From a virus (Duplodnaviria; Heunggongvirae; Uroviricota; Caudoviricetes): a DNA stretch of 64,000 nt. The notes below the pieces were generated by a model. That model saw only the letters and a list, made by a program, of their open reading frames with translations. It ran no database searches and had not been told where the DNA came from. Shown piece after piece: positions 1 through 10,634 of the stretch. The stretch lies in IMG/VR virus record IMGVR_UViG_3300027744_000008; one strand, given 5' to 3'. Position 1 is the stretch's first letter. The number at the start of each line of letters is the position of its first letter. The translations under genes and the position numbers were made by a program.

Positions 1-1698
1 AAAGCCATTAACATTGGCACTGCCGGTGTAAGTGGAAGTACATCAAATATCAGTATCAACTCTACAGTAAGTGGCGCACTTGGAACTACAACGATTGGTG
101 GTGCAACACTAACAGTATCAACCCCAACAAGTATTAACTTAGGAACTGGCACTAGTGCTCTTACTACAACCACAGTTGGCGGCGCTATCACAGGAAATAT
201 ATTAAAGATTGCCGGTGTCGCAGCGGGCATTGCTAATATTACAACAGATGTAACCAGTGGTACATTTAATATTGCTCAAAGTGTAACTGGTACTGTGGCC
301 ATTGGTGCAAGTGGTACTGTGCAATTAGGTACAAGTGCAAGTGTAACTACAATAGCACAAGTTGGCGGTGCCGTTGATGGTAATACCTTAAAAATTGCTG
401 GTACCGCAACGGGAACTACCAGCGGTATTACAACAGATGTAACCTCAGGTACATTTAACATTGCACAATCAGTAACTGGAACAGTAAAAATTGGATCTAG
501 TGGCACTGTGCAATTAGGCACTAGTGCAAGTGTAGTAACTATTGCTCAAGTTGGTGGTGCCATTGATGGTAATACATTAAAGATTGCCGGTACCGCAGCG
601 GGAACAACCAGTGGCATTACCACAGACGTAACCACAGGTACATTCAATATTGCACAATCAGTAACTGGTACTGTAAAAATTGGATCTAGCGGTACAGTTC
701 AATTAGGAACTAGTGCAAGTGTAACCACAGTGGCACAAGTTGGCGGTGCAGTTGATGGCAATACCCTAAAGATTGCAGGCGTTGCTGCAGGTACAACCAG
801 TGGTATTACAACAGACGTAACCACAGGTACATTCAATATTGCACAATCAGTAACAGGCACTGTGAAGATTGGTCTAAGTGGTACGGTTCAATTAGGTACC
901 AGTGCAAGCGTAGTAACTACAGCTCAAGTTGGCGGGGCTGTCACAGGTAATATTCTAAAGATTGCAGGCGTTGCTGCAGGTACTGCCAACATAACAACAG
1001 ATGTCACAACTGGTACATTTAATATTTCTCAAAGTGTAACAGGCACTGTGGCCATTGGCCTAAGTGGCACTGTACAACTAGGTACAAGTGCAAGTGTAGC
1101 AACTACTGCTCAAGTTGGTGGTGCCGTCACAGGCAACATATTAAAAATTGCTGGCACTACTGGAGGCACAGTCAGCATAAGTTCTGATGTGACCACAGGC
1201 ACTGTAAGTTTATTCACAGGATTAACCACAGCAGTAATGACTGTTGGTAGCGCCGCAGCAGGTACATTGGCCATAGCATTCAACAAGGCCAGTACAAGCA
1301 CTACAACAGGTGCAGTGACCATTGCCGGTGGACTTGGGGTGGCCGGTGCCGTTAATGCACAGACCAAGAGCTTTATTATTAATCACCCAACTAAACCTGG
1401 CAAACTGCTGAAACATGGTAGCTTAGAAGGTCCTGAATTTGGTGTTTATGTACGTGGTCGTTGCCAAGGCAAATATATTCAACTTCCCGACTACTGGCTA
1501 GGCCTAGTTGCTGCCGATAGTGTAACAGTTGATCTAACACCTATCGGCAGTCATCAGAAATTATACGTAGAAAAGATAGAAGGCGACAAGGTTTATATTG
1601 CCAACGATGCACTATTTGGTAAATCAGTTGACTGTTACTATACAGTATGGGGCGCACGTAAAGATGTGGCTGCTCTAGAGATTGAGGCAGATGAGTAA
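1..1698 (+). CDS. Tail fibre-like protein, 5'-truncated by the window; ~63-aa Gly/Thr-rich repeats and a C-terminal KSFxIxHP...LEGPE domain
   Basis: Frame 1 is open from base 1 (KAINIGTAGVSG...). The C-terminal KSFIINHPTKPGKLLKHGSLEGPEFGVYVRG motif is typical of the ends of myovirus fibre proteins. Confidence 0.8.
   Translation, partial: KAINIGTAGVSGSTSNISINSTVSGALGTTTIGGATLTVSTPTSINLGTGTSALTTTTVGGAITGNILKIAGVAAGIANITTDVTSGTFNIAQSVTGTVAIGASGTVQLGTSASVTTIAQVGGAVDGNTLKIAGTATGTTSGITTDVTSGTFNIAQSVTGTVKIGSSGTVQLGTSASVVTIAQVGGAIDGNTLKIAGTAAGTTSGITTDVTTGTFNIAQSVTGTVKIGSSGTVQLGTSASVTTVAQVGGAVDGNTLKIAGVAAGTTSGITTDVTTGTFNIAQSVTGTVKIGLSGTVQLGTSASVVTTAQVGGAVTGNILKIAGVAAGTANITTDVTTGTFNISQSVTGTVAIGLSGTVQLGTSASVATTAQVGGAVTGNILKIAGTTGGTVSISSDVTTGTVSLFTGLTTAVMTVGSAAAGTLAIAFNKASTSTTTGAVTIAGGLGVAGAVNAQTKSFIINHPTKPGKLLKHGSLEGPEFGVYVRGRCQGKYIQLPDYWLGLVAADSVTVDLTPIGSHQKLYVEKIEGDKVYIANDALFGKSVDCYYTVWGARKDVAALEIEADE
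241..1200 (+). repeat. Coding tandem repeat, ~189-nt (63-aa) period, 5-6 degenerate copies
   Basis: The unit starting TTDVT recurs at about 241, 430, 619, 808, 994 and 1180. Confidence 0.9.
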
Positions 1699-2393
1699 TG
1701 GGAGTTAACTATAACGCTAGAGTTGTAACTCGCGGATTAGTATTATACTTAGATGCGGCTAATCCTGCAAGCCTTCCTGTAAACTCTGCAATATGGAAAG
1801 ATTTAACCACTGTGGGGTATACTGCGTATATTCGAGGAACACCGACAACCTCAACGTCATGCGGCGGCGCAGTAACAACACCACAAAACCAAACTACAAC
1901 TTATGTTGAGTTGCCCGAAGCTGCACTCCAGGCTCTGCCCAATGGATTGACTTGGACAATGGAATGGGCATTGACTATACTATCGCATGACGGCACACGA
2001 TATGGCCCGCATATGACAGTCTCCGGTGGTAACGATTTTAGCTGGCAGTGGTCAACAACAGATAGCCAGCTGTTTGCTAGCTCACTAACGTCTGGTACAA
2101 ATCCACCTTGGACACTGAATGTTCCTGCAAATTACACACTTACTAGAAACGACTCGGTTTGGAGAATATACAAGGATGGTGTATTTGCTGCCGAATATTC
2201 TTTATCTACAACTGATACTAGATTAATTCAGGGCTGGATATTAGACCAAGAAGCTGACGGATTAAAAGGATCATTTGATCCGGCTCAAAATTTACATGCA
2301 AACTGGCACTACATTAAATTGTACAATAGTGTGCTAACAGATGCAGAAATTTTAGAAAACTTTATTGCATTTAGAGGACGATTTGGATTATGA
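1698..2393 (+). CDS. LamG/concanavalin A-like lectin-domain virion protein
   Basis: GLVLYLDAANPAS N-terminus and LYNSVLTDAEILENF...RGRFGL C-terminus are typical of phage LamG proteins. Confidence 0.8.
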   Translation: MGVNYNARVVTRGLVLYLDAANPASLPVNSAIWKDLTTVGYTAYIRGTPTTSTSCGGAVTTPQNQTTTYVELPEAALQALPNGLTWTMEWALTILSHDGTRYGPHMTVSGGNDFSWQWSTTDSQLFASSLTSGTNPPWTLNVPANYTLTRNDSVWRIYKDGVFAAEYSLSTTDTRLIQGWILDQEADGLKGSFDPAQNLHANWHYIKLYNSVLTDAEILENFIAFRGRFGL

Positions 2394-4168
2394 GTTTAGC
2401 CCACAGCCCCAGGATAGTTACTAGTGGATTGGTCTTAGCAGTTGATGGAGCCAACACAAGATCATATCCTGGTACCGGAACCACTTGGTCCGACCTAAGC
2501 GGAAATAATAACACTGGAACGTTGGTCAGTAGTCCAACATATAATACTAGTAATGGTGGAACATTAGTGTTCAACGGGTCAAGTCAAAATATTAATATAA
2601 CAGATTCTACATCTCTGCGGGTCACTGATACTTTTACTATAAGTGCGTGGGTGTATGCCGTTGATTTATCCGGCAGATACGGCATATTTTCCACCAGATA
2701 CAACAACACAGCCGGAAGTTGGCAACTAGAAATTGGAACTGCCAACGGCGGCACAGGCCGCGTTGCAGTCACTGGAGTGGGAACAACATGGATATGGGAA
2801 TCAGGTAATTCAGTGGTTACTTCAAATACTTGGTACCACATATGCTTTGTAAAACCCAACAATGCAACCGTTGGAGGATCTATGTACATTAACGGGACAT
2901 TACTAATTCCACTACAAACCACAGCATATACTATTATTAATAATTCCGATATAAAAACAATTGGCAACGGCACCAGTAACGGACAATTTTTTCCAGGTGG
3001 AATTGCAAACGTCACACTTTACAATCGAGCACTCACAGCAGACGAGGTAGCACAGAATTTTAATGCTCTACAAGCCAGACCCCTTCAAAATATAACGGTA
3101 ATAACTCTACCACCTAGAATTCAATTGCTGTCCGGGACTACCTACGATGCTACTAACTGCGGTGCCGTTGTATCAATTGATGCGCTCACTACTGAGCCAC
3201 TGTATTCTATCCTGCCAACAGCGGGATTCTTAAGATATACTATTGCTAAATCTACTGGAAATCAAACTATCACCGTTGCATATTTAAGAAGCGGCACTAC
3301 AATTTCACAGTCTGCGTTCTCAACATTGGGACTTGCACTATCCTATAGTACCGCAGTTAGTAGTATTCTATTTTATGTAAACGATGACCACGATTCGTTG
3401 TTCATGGATGCTGATGGTGCAGGGGTGATTTCTAGAACTAACACATACTCATTTACCTCCAATTGGGATAAATTCCGAGGAACTACTGAAGTTATTACAA
3501 ATTCAACGTTAAACAGCGTAGTCTTATATCCCTCATTTGTTGCAGCGAGCTCAACAATAGTGTCATTCCCTAAAACAACCAGCGGCGTCTGGATTAATTT
3601 AAGTGCAGGTACGTATAAAGTTAATAATCTTACAGTTCAAACAATGCCCGCAGCTATGTTAGCATTGGGGACCGGGGCGCCAGCAAATTTTCTATACACA
3701 ATATCAGACGGTGTTAATCAATTTATTGCTGGAAGATGGGGCTCTGCTACAGCAGCATTATGCACTGTAGATCTTACCACTGGAATAATATCAGCAACAG
3801 CCATTACCTATACAATTACACCAACTCAAACCAACGCTGCTGAAGAAGATGCAGTGGGAACACAGTTATTTGCAGTCGATGGATCTGTATCTTTCTTGTT
3901 TAATACTGCCTTCTATTACGGCGGCATACGCCCGTGGAAAGATCTTGGAGGATCTCCAGTCAGCATCACCGGAAAAACACTATTTCTCGCTGGTAATAGC
4001 ACACAAAGCGACATGGATATCTTTGGCTCTATTGATGCCAGTGATAGATATGTATGGTTTGCAGACTGGGGACATGATAACGGTGGTTTATTCAATGTAG
4101 GTAACGACAGTCAACTGGGTGTAAGGAAAACCAATATTATTCATATATCTGATTCCTATACAAATTAA
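2390..4168 (+). CDS. LamG-domain virion protein with a unique C-terminal extension
   Basis: GLVLAVDGANTRSYPGTGTTWSDLSGN...YNRALTADEVAQNFNA LamG module followed by ~360 aa of unknown domain. Confidence 0.8.
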   Translation: MSLAHSPRIVTSGLVLAVDGANTRSYPGTGTTWSDLSGNNNTGTLVSSPTYNTSNGGTLVFNGSSQNINITDSTSLRVTDTFTISAWVYAVDLSGRYGIFSTRYNNTAGSWQLEIGTANGGTGRVAVTGVGTTWIWESGNSVVTSNTWYHICFVKPNNATVGGSMYINGTLLIPLQTTAYTIINNSDIKTIGNGTSNGQFFPGGIANVTLYNRALTADEVAQNFNALQARPLQNITVITLPPRIQLLSGTTYDATNCGAVVSIDALTTEPLYSILPTAGFLRYTIAKSTGNQTITVAYLRSGTTISQSAFSTLGLALSYSTAVSSILFYVNDDHDSLFMDADGAGVISRTNTYSFTSNWDKFRGTTEVITNSTLNSVVLYPSFVAASSTIVSFPKTTSGVWINLSAGTYKVNNLTVQTMPAAMLALGTGAPANFLYTISDGVNQFIAGRWGSATAALCTVDLTTGIISATAITYTITPTQTNAAEEDAVGTQLFAVDGSVSFLFNTAFYYGGIRPWKDLGGSPVSITGKTLFLAGNSTQSDMDIFGSIDASDRYVWFADWGHDNGGLFNVGNDSQLGVRKTNIIHISDSYTN

Positions 4169-4895
4169 TAATATGACAATTATAAGAAATACAACTTTAT
4201 CTAATGTAGCACAGAATTTTAATGTTATTTTTGGGAGATACGGATTATGAGCATAATAGTAAGTCCAGATCTGGTAGAAACTGGATTGGTCTTAGCAGTT
4301 GATGGAGCCAACACAAGATCATATCCTGGTACCGGAACCACTTGGTCCGACCTAAGCGGAAATAATAACACTGGGACACTAGCTGGTAGTCCAACATATA
4401 ATACTAGTAACGGTGGAACATTAGTGTTCAACGGGTCAAGTCAAAATATTAATATAACAGATTCTACATCTCTGCAGGTCACCGATACTTTTACTATAAG
4501 TGCGTGGGTACATGCCACTAATTTATCCGGCAGATACGGCATATTTTCCACTAGACTTGATAATCCATCCGGAAGTTGGCAACTAGAAATTGGAACTGCC
4601 AACGGCGGCACAGGCCGCGTTGCAGTCACTGGAGTAGGAACATGGATATGGGAATCAGTTGATTCAGTGGTTACTTCGACTACTTGGTACCACATATGCT
4701 TTGTAAAACCCAACAATGCAACTGTTGGGGGATCTATGTACATTAACGGGACATTACTAATTCCACTACAAACCACAGCATATACTATTATTAATAATTC
4801 TAGTGTAAAAACAATTGGCAACGGCACCAGTAACGGACAATTTTTTCCAGGTGGAATTGCAAACGTCACACTTTACAATCGAGCACTCACAGCAG
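2426..4895 (+). repeat. Dispersed ~610-bp near-identical duplication (2426-~3040 vs 4283-~4895)
   Basis: Long runs of identical DNA, from GGATTGGTCTTAGCAGTTGATGGAGCC to CACTCACAGCAG, in both copies. Confidence 0.9.
4173..4250 (+). pseudogene. 25-aa collapsed LamG gene remnant (MTIIRNTTLSNVAQNFNVIFGRYGL)
   Basis: ATG at 4173, TGA ending at 4250. Contains GTAGCACAGAATTTTAATG, also found at ~3047, and a GRYGL* end like the GRFGL* of gene 1698-2393. Confidence 0.6.
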
Positions 4896-5566
4896 GCGAA
4901 GTACAACAAAATTACAATGCCCTACAAGCCAGATACCTTCGAAATATAACACCACCTTTTGTAGGAGCACAATTTTCTTCTGCCGACGGGATTCTTGAAA
5001 GCACAATTACTGTTCCGGCAGGATCAACCGTATCGACTACATTATATCTTTGGATAGTCTTTGAAAACTCTAGCTTTGGCAGACCTGCTATTTCTGGATT
5101 TTCAATATTAACTAGCGGCAACGGCTTCCAAAGTGGATCTAACATCGACGGCCCACCTTCAACTTGGATACTTTATAAAGGAACAACTGCGCTTAGTAGT
5201 GTAACTATACCTAATGCTGCACTATTTGGAGGATTTGCAGCTACTATTTTAGGATTTAATTCAGTTACTAGCGAATCTACTTTAGTTTTAGGTAATAACA
5301 GCGCCGTTGCCCTATCTATTCCGGTAACAAAAACTAGCTCACAAATTTCAGCTGTGCTATCTTGCTACAACATGGGAGTAGACATTATTGGTTCAGTGAC
5401 ACAAACTGGATTTACCACAACGGGAACTTATTTGCAAGCTAACGGAGCACCCGCCGGCCGTGGATGTGCATACGGACTGGATACTAGCACAGCTTCGTCA
5501 GGTACATATACTATTTCACCACCACCTGCAGCAGGATATTATTCTGTTAGAATTAACATCAGTTAA
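4247..5566 (+). CDS. LamG-domain virion protein, paralog of 2390-4168 with a different C-terminus
   Basis: First ~215 aa are nearly identical to 2390-4168; the C-terminal ~200 aa are unrelated. Confidence 0.8.
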   Translation: MSIIVSPDLVETGLVLAVDGANTRSYPGTGTTWSDLSGNNNTGTLAGSPTYNTSNGGTLVFNGSSQNINITDSTSLQVTDTFTISAWVHATNLSGRYGIFSTRLDNPSGSWQLEIGTANGGTGRVAVTGVGTWIWESVDSVVTSTTWYHICFVKPNNATVGGSMYINGTLLIPLQTTAYTIINNSSVKTIGNGTSNGQFFPGGIANVTLYNRALTAGEVQQNYNALQARYLRNITPPFVGAQFSSADGILESTITVPAGSTVSTTLYLWIVFENSSFGRPAISGFSILTSGNGFQSGSNIDGPPSTWILYKGTTALSSVTIPNAALFGGFAATILGFNSVTSESTLVLGNNSAVALSIPVTKTSSQISAVLSCYNMGVDIIGSVTQTGFTTTGTYLQANGAPAGRGCAYGLDTSTASSGTYTISPPPAAGYYSVRINIS

Positions 5567-5582
5567 AAACTAAATATAATAT

Positions 5583-6215
5583 ATGGCAAACTTAGACAAA
5601 AATATTGTTATTACTCCTAATGTAGGCAGTACAACAGCACAGCCCAACATTGTTTTTACCGGACAAAACGCCGTTCCTATCACCTTAAGGGTAACAGACA
5701 CTGGCGCCCTAAGCTGGGAAGGATCAGCTGGACAACTTTTTAGTATCACCAACAGCTTAACTGGTACATTGTTTAGTATCAACGATATATCGGGATTGCC
5801 CATATTAGAAATAACAGATACACCTGCAATAGTGACCTATGCACCAATATCGGGCGCAGCTGGCTCTACTTTGATGACTGACATCAGCAATTTATGTGAC
5901 GGTGATAGAACTGTATTTGATATTAAATCCGAGCAGACAATTATAAGTACAACCTATATAATCGATAGTAAAGATCTAGAAGTCACTGTTAACGGACAGA
6001 GACTAACACCTTACACACTACCACAGCCCAGCGCTTGGATGCCGGCATTTGACTGCTATTCCAGTAAGATGTTTAGGGTAAGAGAAAATCGGCTAATTAT
6101 ATACAACGCCCCAGATGTTGGCAGTCAAGTAAGCGTTGTAATAAGAAAGACAGCAGCATCAAAACAACAACAGAGATATCCGTTTAGACCAGCAACAATC
6201 GCACTAGGAGATTAA
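5583..6215 (+). CDS. Putative virion (tail/baseplate-associated) protein
   Basis: Late-type TAAATA motif 6 nt upstream; structural gene context; GSAGQLFSITNSLTGTLFSINDISGLP motif. Confidence 0.6.
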   Translation: MANLDKNIVITPNVGSTTAQPNIVFTGQNAVPITLRVTDTGALSWEGSAGQLFSITNSLTGTLFSINDISGLPILEITDTPAIVTYAPISGAAGSTLMTDISNLCDGDRTVFDIKSEQTIISTTYIIDSKDLEVTVNGQRLTPYTLPQPSAWMPAFDCYSSKMFRVRENRLIIYNAPDVGSQVSVVIRKTAASKQQQRYPFRPATIALGD

Positions 6216-6220
6216 TAAAA

Positions 6221-9103
6221 ATGGCCAAGCACGTAATTTTAGAAGCATACGCATTTACCCCAAGTACTCGCACAGTGGTGATCACGGGTAAAAACATTAG
6301 AAGAGAACAACTGCTGCTAATCACCAACACCACTACCAATGTGGTAATTTATAACTTTAGTGATTCTGATCTAAAAGCAACCAGCTATGTCAACGCTGCC
6401 GATGCAACAACCGGTCAAGAAACAACCACAATAGTTCTAAACTATAATACAACATCGATGTCGGCTACTGACAAGTTGACTATCATGGTTGAAGAAACTT
6501 ATCAGGAAATTATCCCAAGTGAAGTAATGCGTGATCCAGTGGATAAATTGCGGGTGAGTACACCACAGTCATTGATTGACACTGACTTTGAATATGGTAT
6601 GCAGCCCACAAAGTGGGACACTGTTAATTTATTAAACAATCGCCCAAGTGCATCCTACGATCCAACTCAGGGTATTAGTAATACTTCAAGAAGTGATTTA
6701 ACTTTTGTTGGCTCCAACACCAGTGCCTATCAAATTACCAACATGACATCAAGTCTTAAAGTGGTCACAGTGGCCATTGGTAATACCACTGGTATTACCG
6801 CTGGACTACCTATCTACATTGTAGGTTCAGCAGACAACGCCAACGTCGACGGCTGGTGGTTAGTTGAAACTGTCAGCGCCAACACTAACTTTACATTTAC
6901 TGTGACCAATACACCGATCACAACAGCATTATATGACGCCTTCAAAACTTATGTGTTTGTTGGTGCTTGGTTTAGCGGCTCACCCATTCCTCTTACCAGT
7001 ATTGTAATGAGCGGTACAGTAGGTACTGTGACTACCACTGGTGATCACGGACTACGTGTAGGTGACGCTTTTTACATTGTAGGTACAACAGGTACCAGCG
7101 GCGCAGCCACAGGTGCCGGCACCATTAACTCAAGTTGGGTAGTGGCCACAACTCCTACTAACAGTACGTTCACATTTGCCGCTGTGTCCAATGCTGTTAC
7201 AGCCACACTAGCCGCTGGCGCCAACGCAACATTGTATCCACGTGCCTTGGGCTACGTACAACACAGACCATTTGACGGCGGTGTGTCATTTAGTAATGAA
7301 ACTGCTGCACATGGTTATCAAGTTGTCCGCCAGACAAGACGACAATTTCGTTATCAATCTGGTAAAGGCAGTCAATTCTCAACTGGTAGCGTATTAAAAC
7401 CGGCACTTATAATTGACAACATTACTTCAAGCAGTACCACAGTTACCGTAACTTCAAAATATGCTCACGGTCTAGGTCCAGGTGCATTTGTACGTGTTAC
7501 AGGTTGTACTGAAACAGCCTATAACGGTACATTTGCTGTGGTCTCAACTCCAACACAGACAACCTTTACCTATACGGCATTGACCGCGCCCAGTGCAACA
7601 CCGGCAACAGGTACCTGGATTGTAAGTCCATGGTCGTGGTACGGAAGCACCAACCGTGTCGGTATGTTTGACAGCCAAAACGGATTCTTCTTTGAATTTG
7701 ATGGACAAACATTCTACGCTGTTAGACGCTCAAGCACATTTCAACTATCGGGAGTGGCCTCAGTTACTAATGCCAGCCAAAGTGTAACTGGTACAGGCAC
7801 TAAATTTAGTAGTCAATTAAAGCCCGGTGACTCAATTGTTATTAGAGGTATGACATATTTTGTGCAAAACATTACCAGTGACACACAAATGTATATCTAT
7901 CCAGAATACAGGGGCGTTACCAACAGTTTAATTACGATAAGTAAAACTATTGATACACGCTATGCACAGAGCACATGGAACATTGATCGTTGTGACGGAA
8001 CTGGTGCAAGTTTATTCAACTTAGATCTAACACGTATGCAGATGTTCTATATTGACTTTACATGGTACGGTGCAGGCGCTATCCGCTTTGGATTTAAAAA
8101 TGCACGTGGTGAAGTATTTTACTGTCACAGGATTACCAACAGTAACGTTAACCCAGAAGCATATATGCGTAGTGGTAACTTAGTTGCTCGTTACGAAACT
8201 AACACCGTACCTTATAGAACATTTTTAACAGCCGCTTGGGGTATTAGTACTAGCACTGGCGCAATCTCAGTAGCAGATACTACAGGTTGGCCAGCCAGCG
8301 GCACTGTGGTTGTTAAAGCCTCGGCTGCAACCGGCGCGGCCATGGAGTATATGACTTACTCAAGCAAGACCACTACTTCGTTAACTATTAGCGCTCGAGC
8401 ACAAACAGGTGGCGCCAGTGCCACTGCATTTACATACTCAGCAACTGCTCCTATCCTAATAGAACTATACAGTCCACAGGCTGCAAGCCAAATTGGTCAC
8501 TGGGGTAGTGCTGTTATCATGGACGGACGTTTTGATGATGATAAATCACTAATATTCGTTGCTGGAATGCAACGTACACGGACTATTACCAACGTGGCAC
8601 AAGATGTCACTGTGCCTTTGATTAGTATTCGTGTTGCCCCAACTGTTGATAATGGTTTAACAGGTATATTGGGAGCAAGAGAAATTATTAACCGTATGCA
8701 GTTAACAATGCGTAGTATGAGTTGTCAGACTACTGGTACTAATATGGTATTCTTAGTTTCTCTGCGTTTAAATGGTCGTGTCAGCACAGGAACATTCAAC
8801 GCAGTTGGTGGATCTAGTCTAGCGCAGGTAGCGTATCACGGAAGTGGCGCAACAATCAGTGGCGGAGAAGATATATTTGGTTTCTACACAAATACTCCGG
8901 GTGTTACTGCTCAAGATTTGCAAGCAGTTCGAGACATCGGTAACAGTATTTTAGGTGGCGGTACAAACAACACATGCCCAACTAATGCTACTAATCTGTA
9001 TCCAGACGGACCAGATATTATTACAATTTGTGCCACAAACATTACCACTATTGCAACCAACTCAATTAACGCACGTATTTCGTGGACAGAAGCACAGGCC
9101 TAA
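6221..9103 (+). CDS. Large virion structural protein (tail fibre/baseplate-type)
   Basis: 960 aa, beta-rich; repeated TVTT..HGL..GD modules; KLRVSTPQSLIDTDFEYG and YQSGKG motifs seen in large-phage structural proteins. Confidence 0.7.
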   Translation: MAKHVILEAYAFTPSTRTVVITGKNIRREQLLLITNTTTNVVIYNFSDSDLKATSYVNAADATTGQETTTIVLNYNTTSMSATDKLTIMVEETYQEIIPSEVMRDPVDKLRVSTPQSLIDTDFEYGMQPTKWDTVNLLNNRPSASYDPTQGISNTSRSDLTFVGSNTSAYQITNMTSSLKVVTVAIGNTTGITAGLPIYIVGSADNANVDGWWLVETVSANTNFTFTVTNTPITTALYDAFKTYVFVGAWFSGSPIPLTSIVMSGTVGTVTTTGDHGLRVGDAFYIVGTTGTSGAATGAGTINSSWVVATTPTNSTFTFAAVSNAVTATLAAGANATLYPRALGYVQHRPFDGGVSFSNETAAHGYQVVRQTRRQFRYQSGKGSQFSTGSVLKPALIIDNITSSSTTVTVTSKYAHGLGPGAFVRVTGCTETAYNGTFAVVSTPTQTTFTYTALTAPSATPATGTWIVSPWSWYGSTNRVGMFDSQNGFFFEFDGQTFYAVRRSSTFQLSGVASVTNASQSVTGTGTKFSSQLKPGDSIVIRGMTYFVQNITSDTQMYIYPEYRGVTNSLITISKTIDTRYAQSTWNIDRCDGTGASLFNLDLTRMQMFYIDFTWYGAGAIRFGFKNARGEVFYCHRITNSNVNPEAYMRSGNLVARYETNTVPYRTFLTAAWGISTSTGAISVADTTGWPASGTVVVKASAATGAAMEYMTYSSKTTTSLTISARAQTGGASATAFTYSATAPILIELYSPQAASQIGHWGSAVIMDGRFDDDKSLIFVAGMQRTRTITNVAQDVTVPLISIRVAPTVDNGLTGILGAREIINRMQLTMRSMSCQTTGTNMVFLVSLRLNGRVSTGTFNAVGGSSLAQVAYHGSGATISGGEDIFGFYTNTPGVTAQDLQAVRDIGNSILGGGTNNTCPTNATNLYPDGPDIITICATNITTIATNSINARISWTEAQA

Positions 9104-9116
9104 CGGGAGACACAAC

Positions 9117-9500
9117 GTGGCAACTAGAGACTATGGCGTACATCAAGTTACTTCAACTGCTATCAGTAGTGGCAAAGTTGGTGACGAATACTACAATCCC
9201 ACAACCAACAAGCTGTACAAGTATGTGGCTCATAATGGTACCAGTCCTGCTTATGCAGAAACACTGACAGCAGATGCCCTTGGCAACATAGGTTTTAGCA
9301 AGACTGCTGCCTACAAACTTGATGTTGCTGGCACTGTGAATGCCGCCGCCATGAGAGCCGGGGTATTCCTCACCGGACAGTACATTGACAGTAATATTTC
9401 TATCAGTGGCGGCAGTAATGGACTAAGTGTTGGCCCATTAACTCTAGCAGCGGGAGTTACACTGACTGTGACTCCAGGACAGAGACATATTATTCTATGA
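9117..9500 (+). CDS. Small tail-fibre-related protein (likely GTG start at 9117)
   Basis: GGAGA RBS before GTG; C-terminal NGLSVGPLTLAAGVTLTVTPG motif. Confidence 0.6.
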   Translation: MATRDYGVHQVTSTAISSGKVGDEYYNPTTNKLYKYVAHNGTSPAYAETLTADALGNIGFSKTAAYKLDVAGTVNAAAMRAGVFLTGQYIDSNISISGGSNGLSVGPLTLAAGVTLTVTPGQRHIIL

Positions 9501-10621
9501 CCACACTGATTACCAGCACAACTCTAACCAGTGGATATCAACTAATTGCTGATGCCACAGGCACATTGGTCATACAAACAGGCAGTGGTCTCAGCACATC
9601 TTTATATGTCGATAGTACTCAGATAAAATTTTACACTGCTAACACAGAACGGTTAAAGATCGATACCAACGGTATGCAAACTAGTACTATTGCAGGTTTT
9701 CAATTTACTGAAAGTTCCGGCGTATACACTCCTGTAGGTAAAACTAGATTGACCTATGCAGCCACAGGCGCACAGCAAAGTTTAACTATTCCTGCTGGTA
9801 TAAACTACATATTTGCCAAACTATGGGGTGCTGGAACCGGCGGCGGCAATACCGGCGGGTGGTCATTTGGCAGTCCCGGTGGTGGTGGTGGACACTCCTA
9901 CGGTATAATCCCAGTAACTCCGGGTGCAACCTACTATATTGTTGTTGGCGCAGCAGGACAGACAAACTATACAAGCAGTACTACACTGGGCTATGGCGGT
10001 GGTGGCGGCCTGAATGGCACTGCTGATAATCGATGGGCTAGCTCAGGCGGCGGCTATACTGGAATATTCAACAGTGTGACTCCTTCACAGGGTGCTGCAT
10101 TATTAATTGCTGGTGGCGCAGGTGGCGGCGGGGCAAGTAGACAGGGTTTTGGCAACGCAGGTGGCGCAGGCGGCGGATCAACAGGCCAAGATGGCGGCAG
10201 TCCCTACGATGCTAAATCAGCGTTTGGCGGCAAGGGCGGCACACAGAGCGCAGGCGGCGTCGGCGGCACTGGCGGCAGTGCAGGCGGAGCATTATTTGGT
10301 GGCGCAGGTGGTGTCGGAAACACTTACGGTGGTGGTGGTGGTGGCGGATATTGGGGCGGTGGCGGTGGCAGCTATAGTGAATCAAATACCATGGCAGGTG
10401 CCGGAGGCGGCAGTGGATTCGTTGGAGCAAGTGTGTTAATGGGTGCAACATTCACAGGCGCAGGACAAATTCCTGCATTCTCCTTTGATAACGATCTTGC
10501 TAAAAGTATAGATACCTATAGAGGTTGCATGCCTTATGCCTATGGCGGCCATAGTAATGGAACTACCGCACAGTTATCTAACACCTATGGCGGCAGTGGC
10601 TATGTGGTTATATACTATTAA
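9497..10621 (+). CDS. Glycine-rich-domain tail/fibre protein
   Basis: Extensive GGGGG/GGAGG tracts (KLWGAG, LLIAGGAGGGG, GGSGYVVIYY), typical of phage Gly-rich domains. Confidence 0.75.
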   Translation: MTTLITSTTLTSGYQLIADATGTLVIQTGSGLSTSLYVDSTQIKFYTANTERLKIDTNGMQTSTIAGFQFTESSGVYTPVGKTRLTYAATGAQQSLTIPAGINYIFAKLWGAGTGGGNTGGWSFGSPGGGGGHSYGIIPVTPGATYYIVVGAAGQTNYTSSTTLGYGGGGGLNGTADNRWASSGGGYTGIFNSVTPSQGAALLIAGGAGGGGASRQGFGNAGGAGGGSTGQDGGSPYDAKSAFGGKGGTQSAGGVGGTGGSAGGALFGGAGGVGNTYGGGGGGGYWGGGGGSYSESNTMAGAGGGSGFVGASVLMGATFTGAGQIPAFSFDNDLAKSIDTYRGCMPYAYGGHSNGTTAQLSNTYGGSGYVVIYY

Positions 10622-10634
10622 TAGGAATTAAATT

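Noticed and set aside
2426-4895. Possible DGR template/variable repeat pair
   Set aside because: Differences are not adenine-specific, both copies are N-terminal coding regions, and no reverse transcriptase is present in the window.
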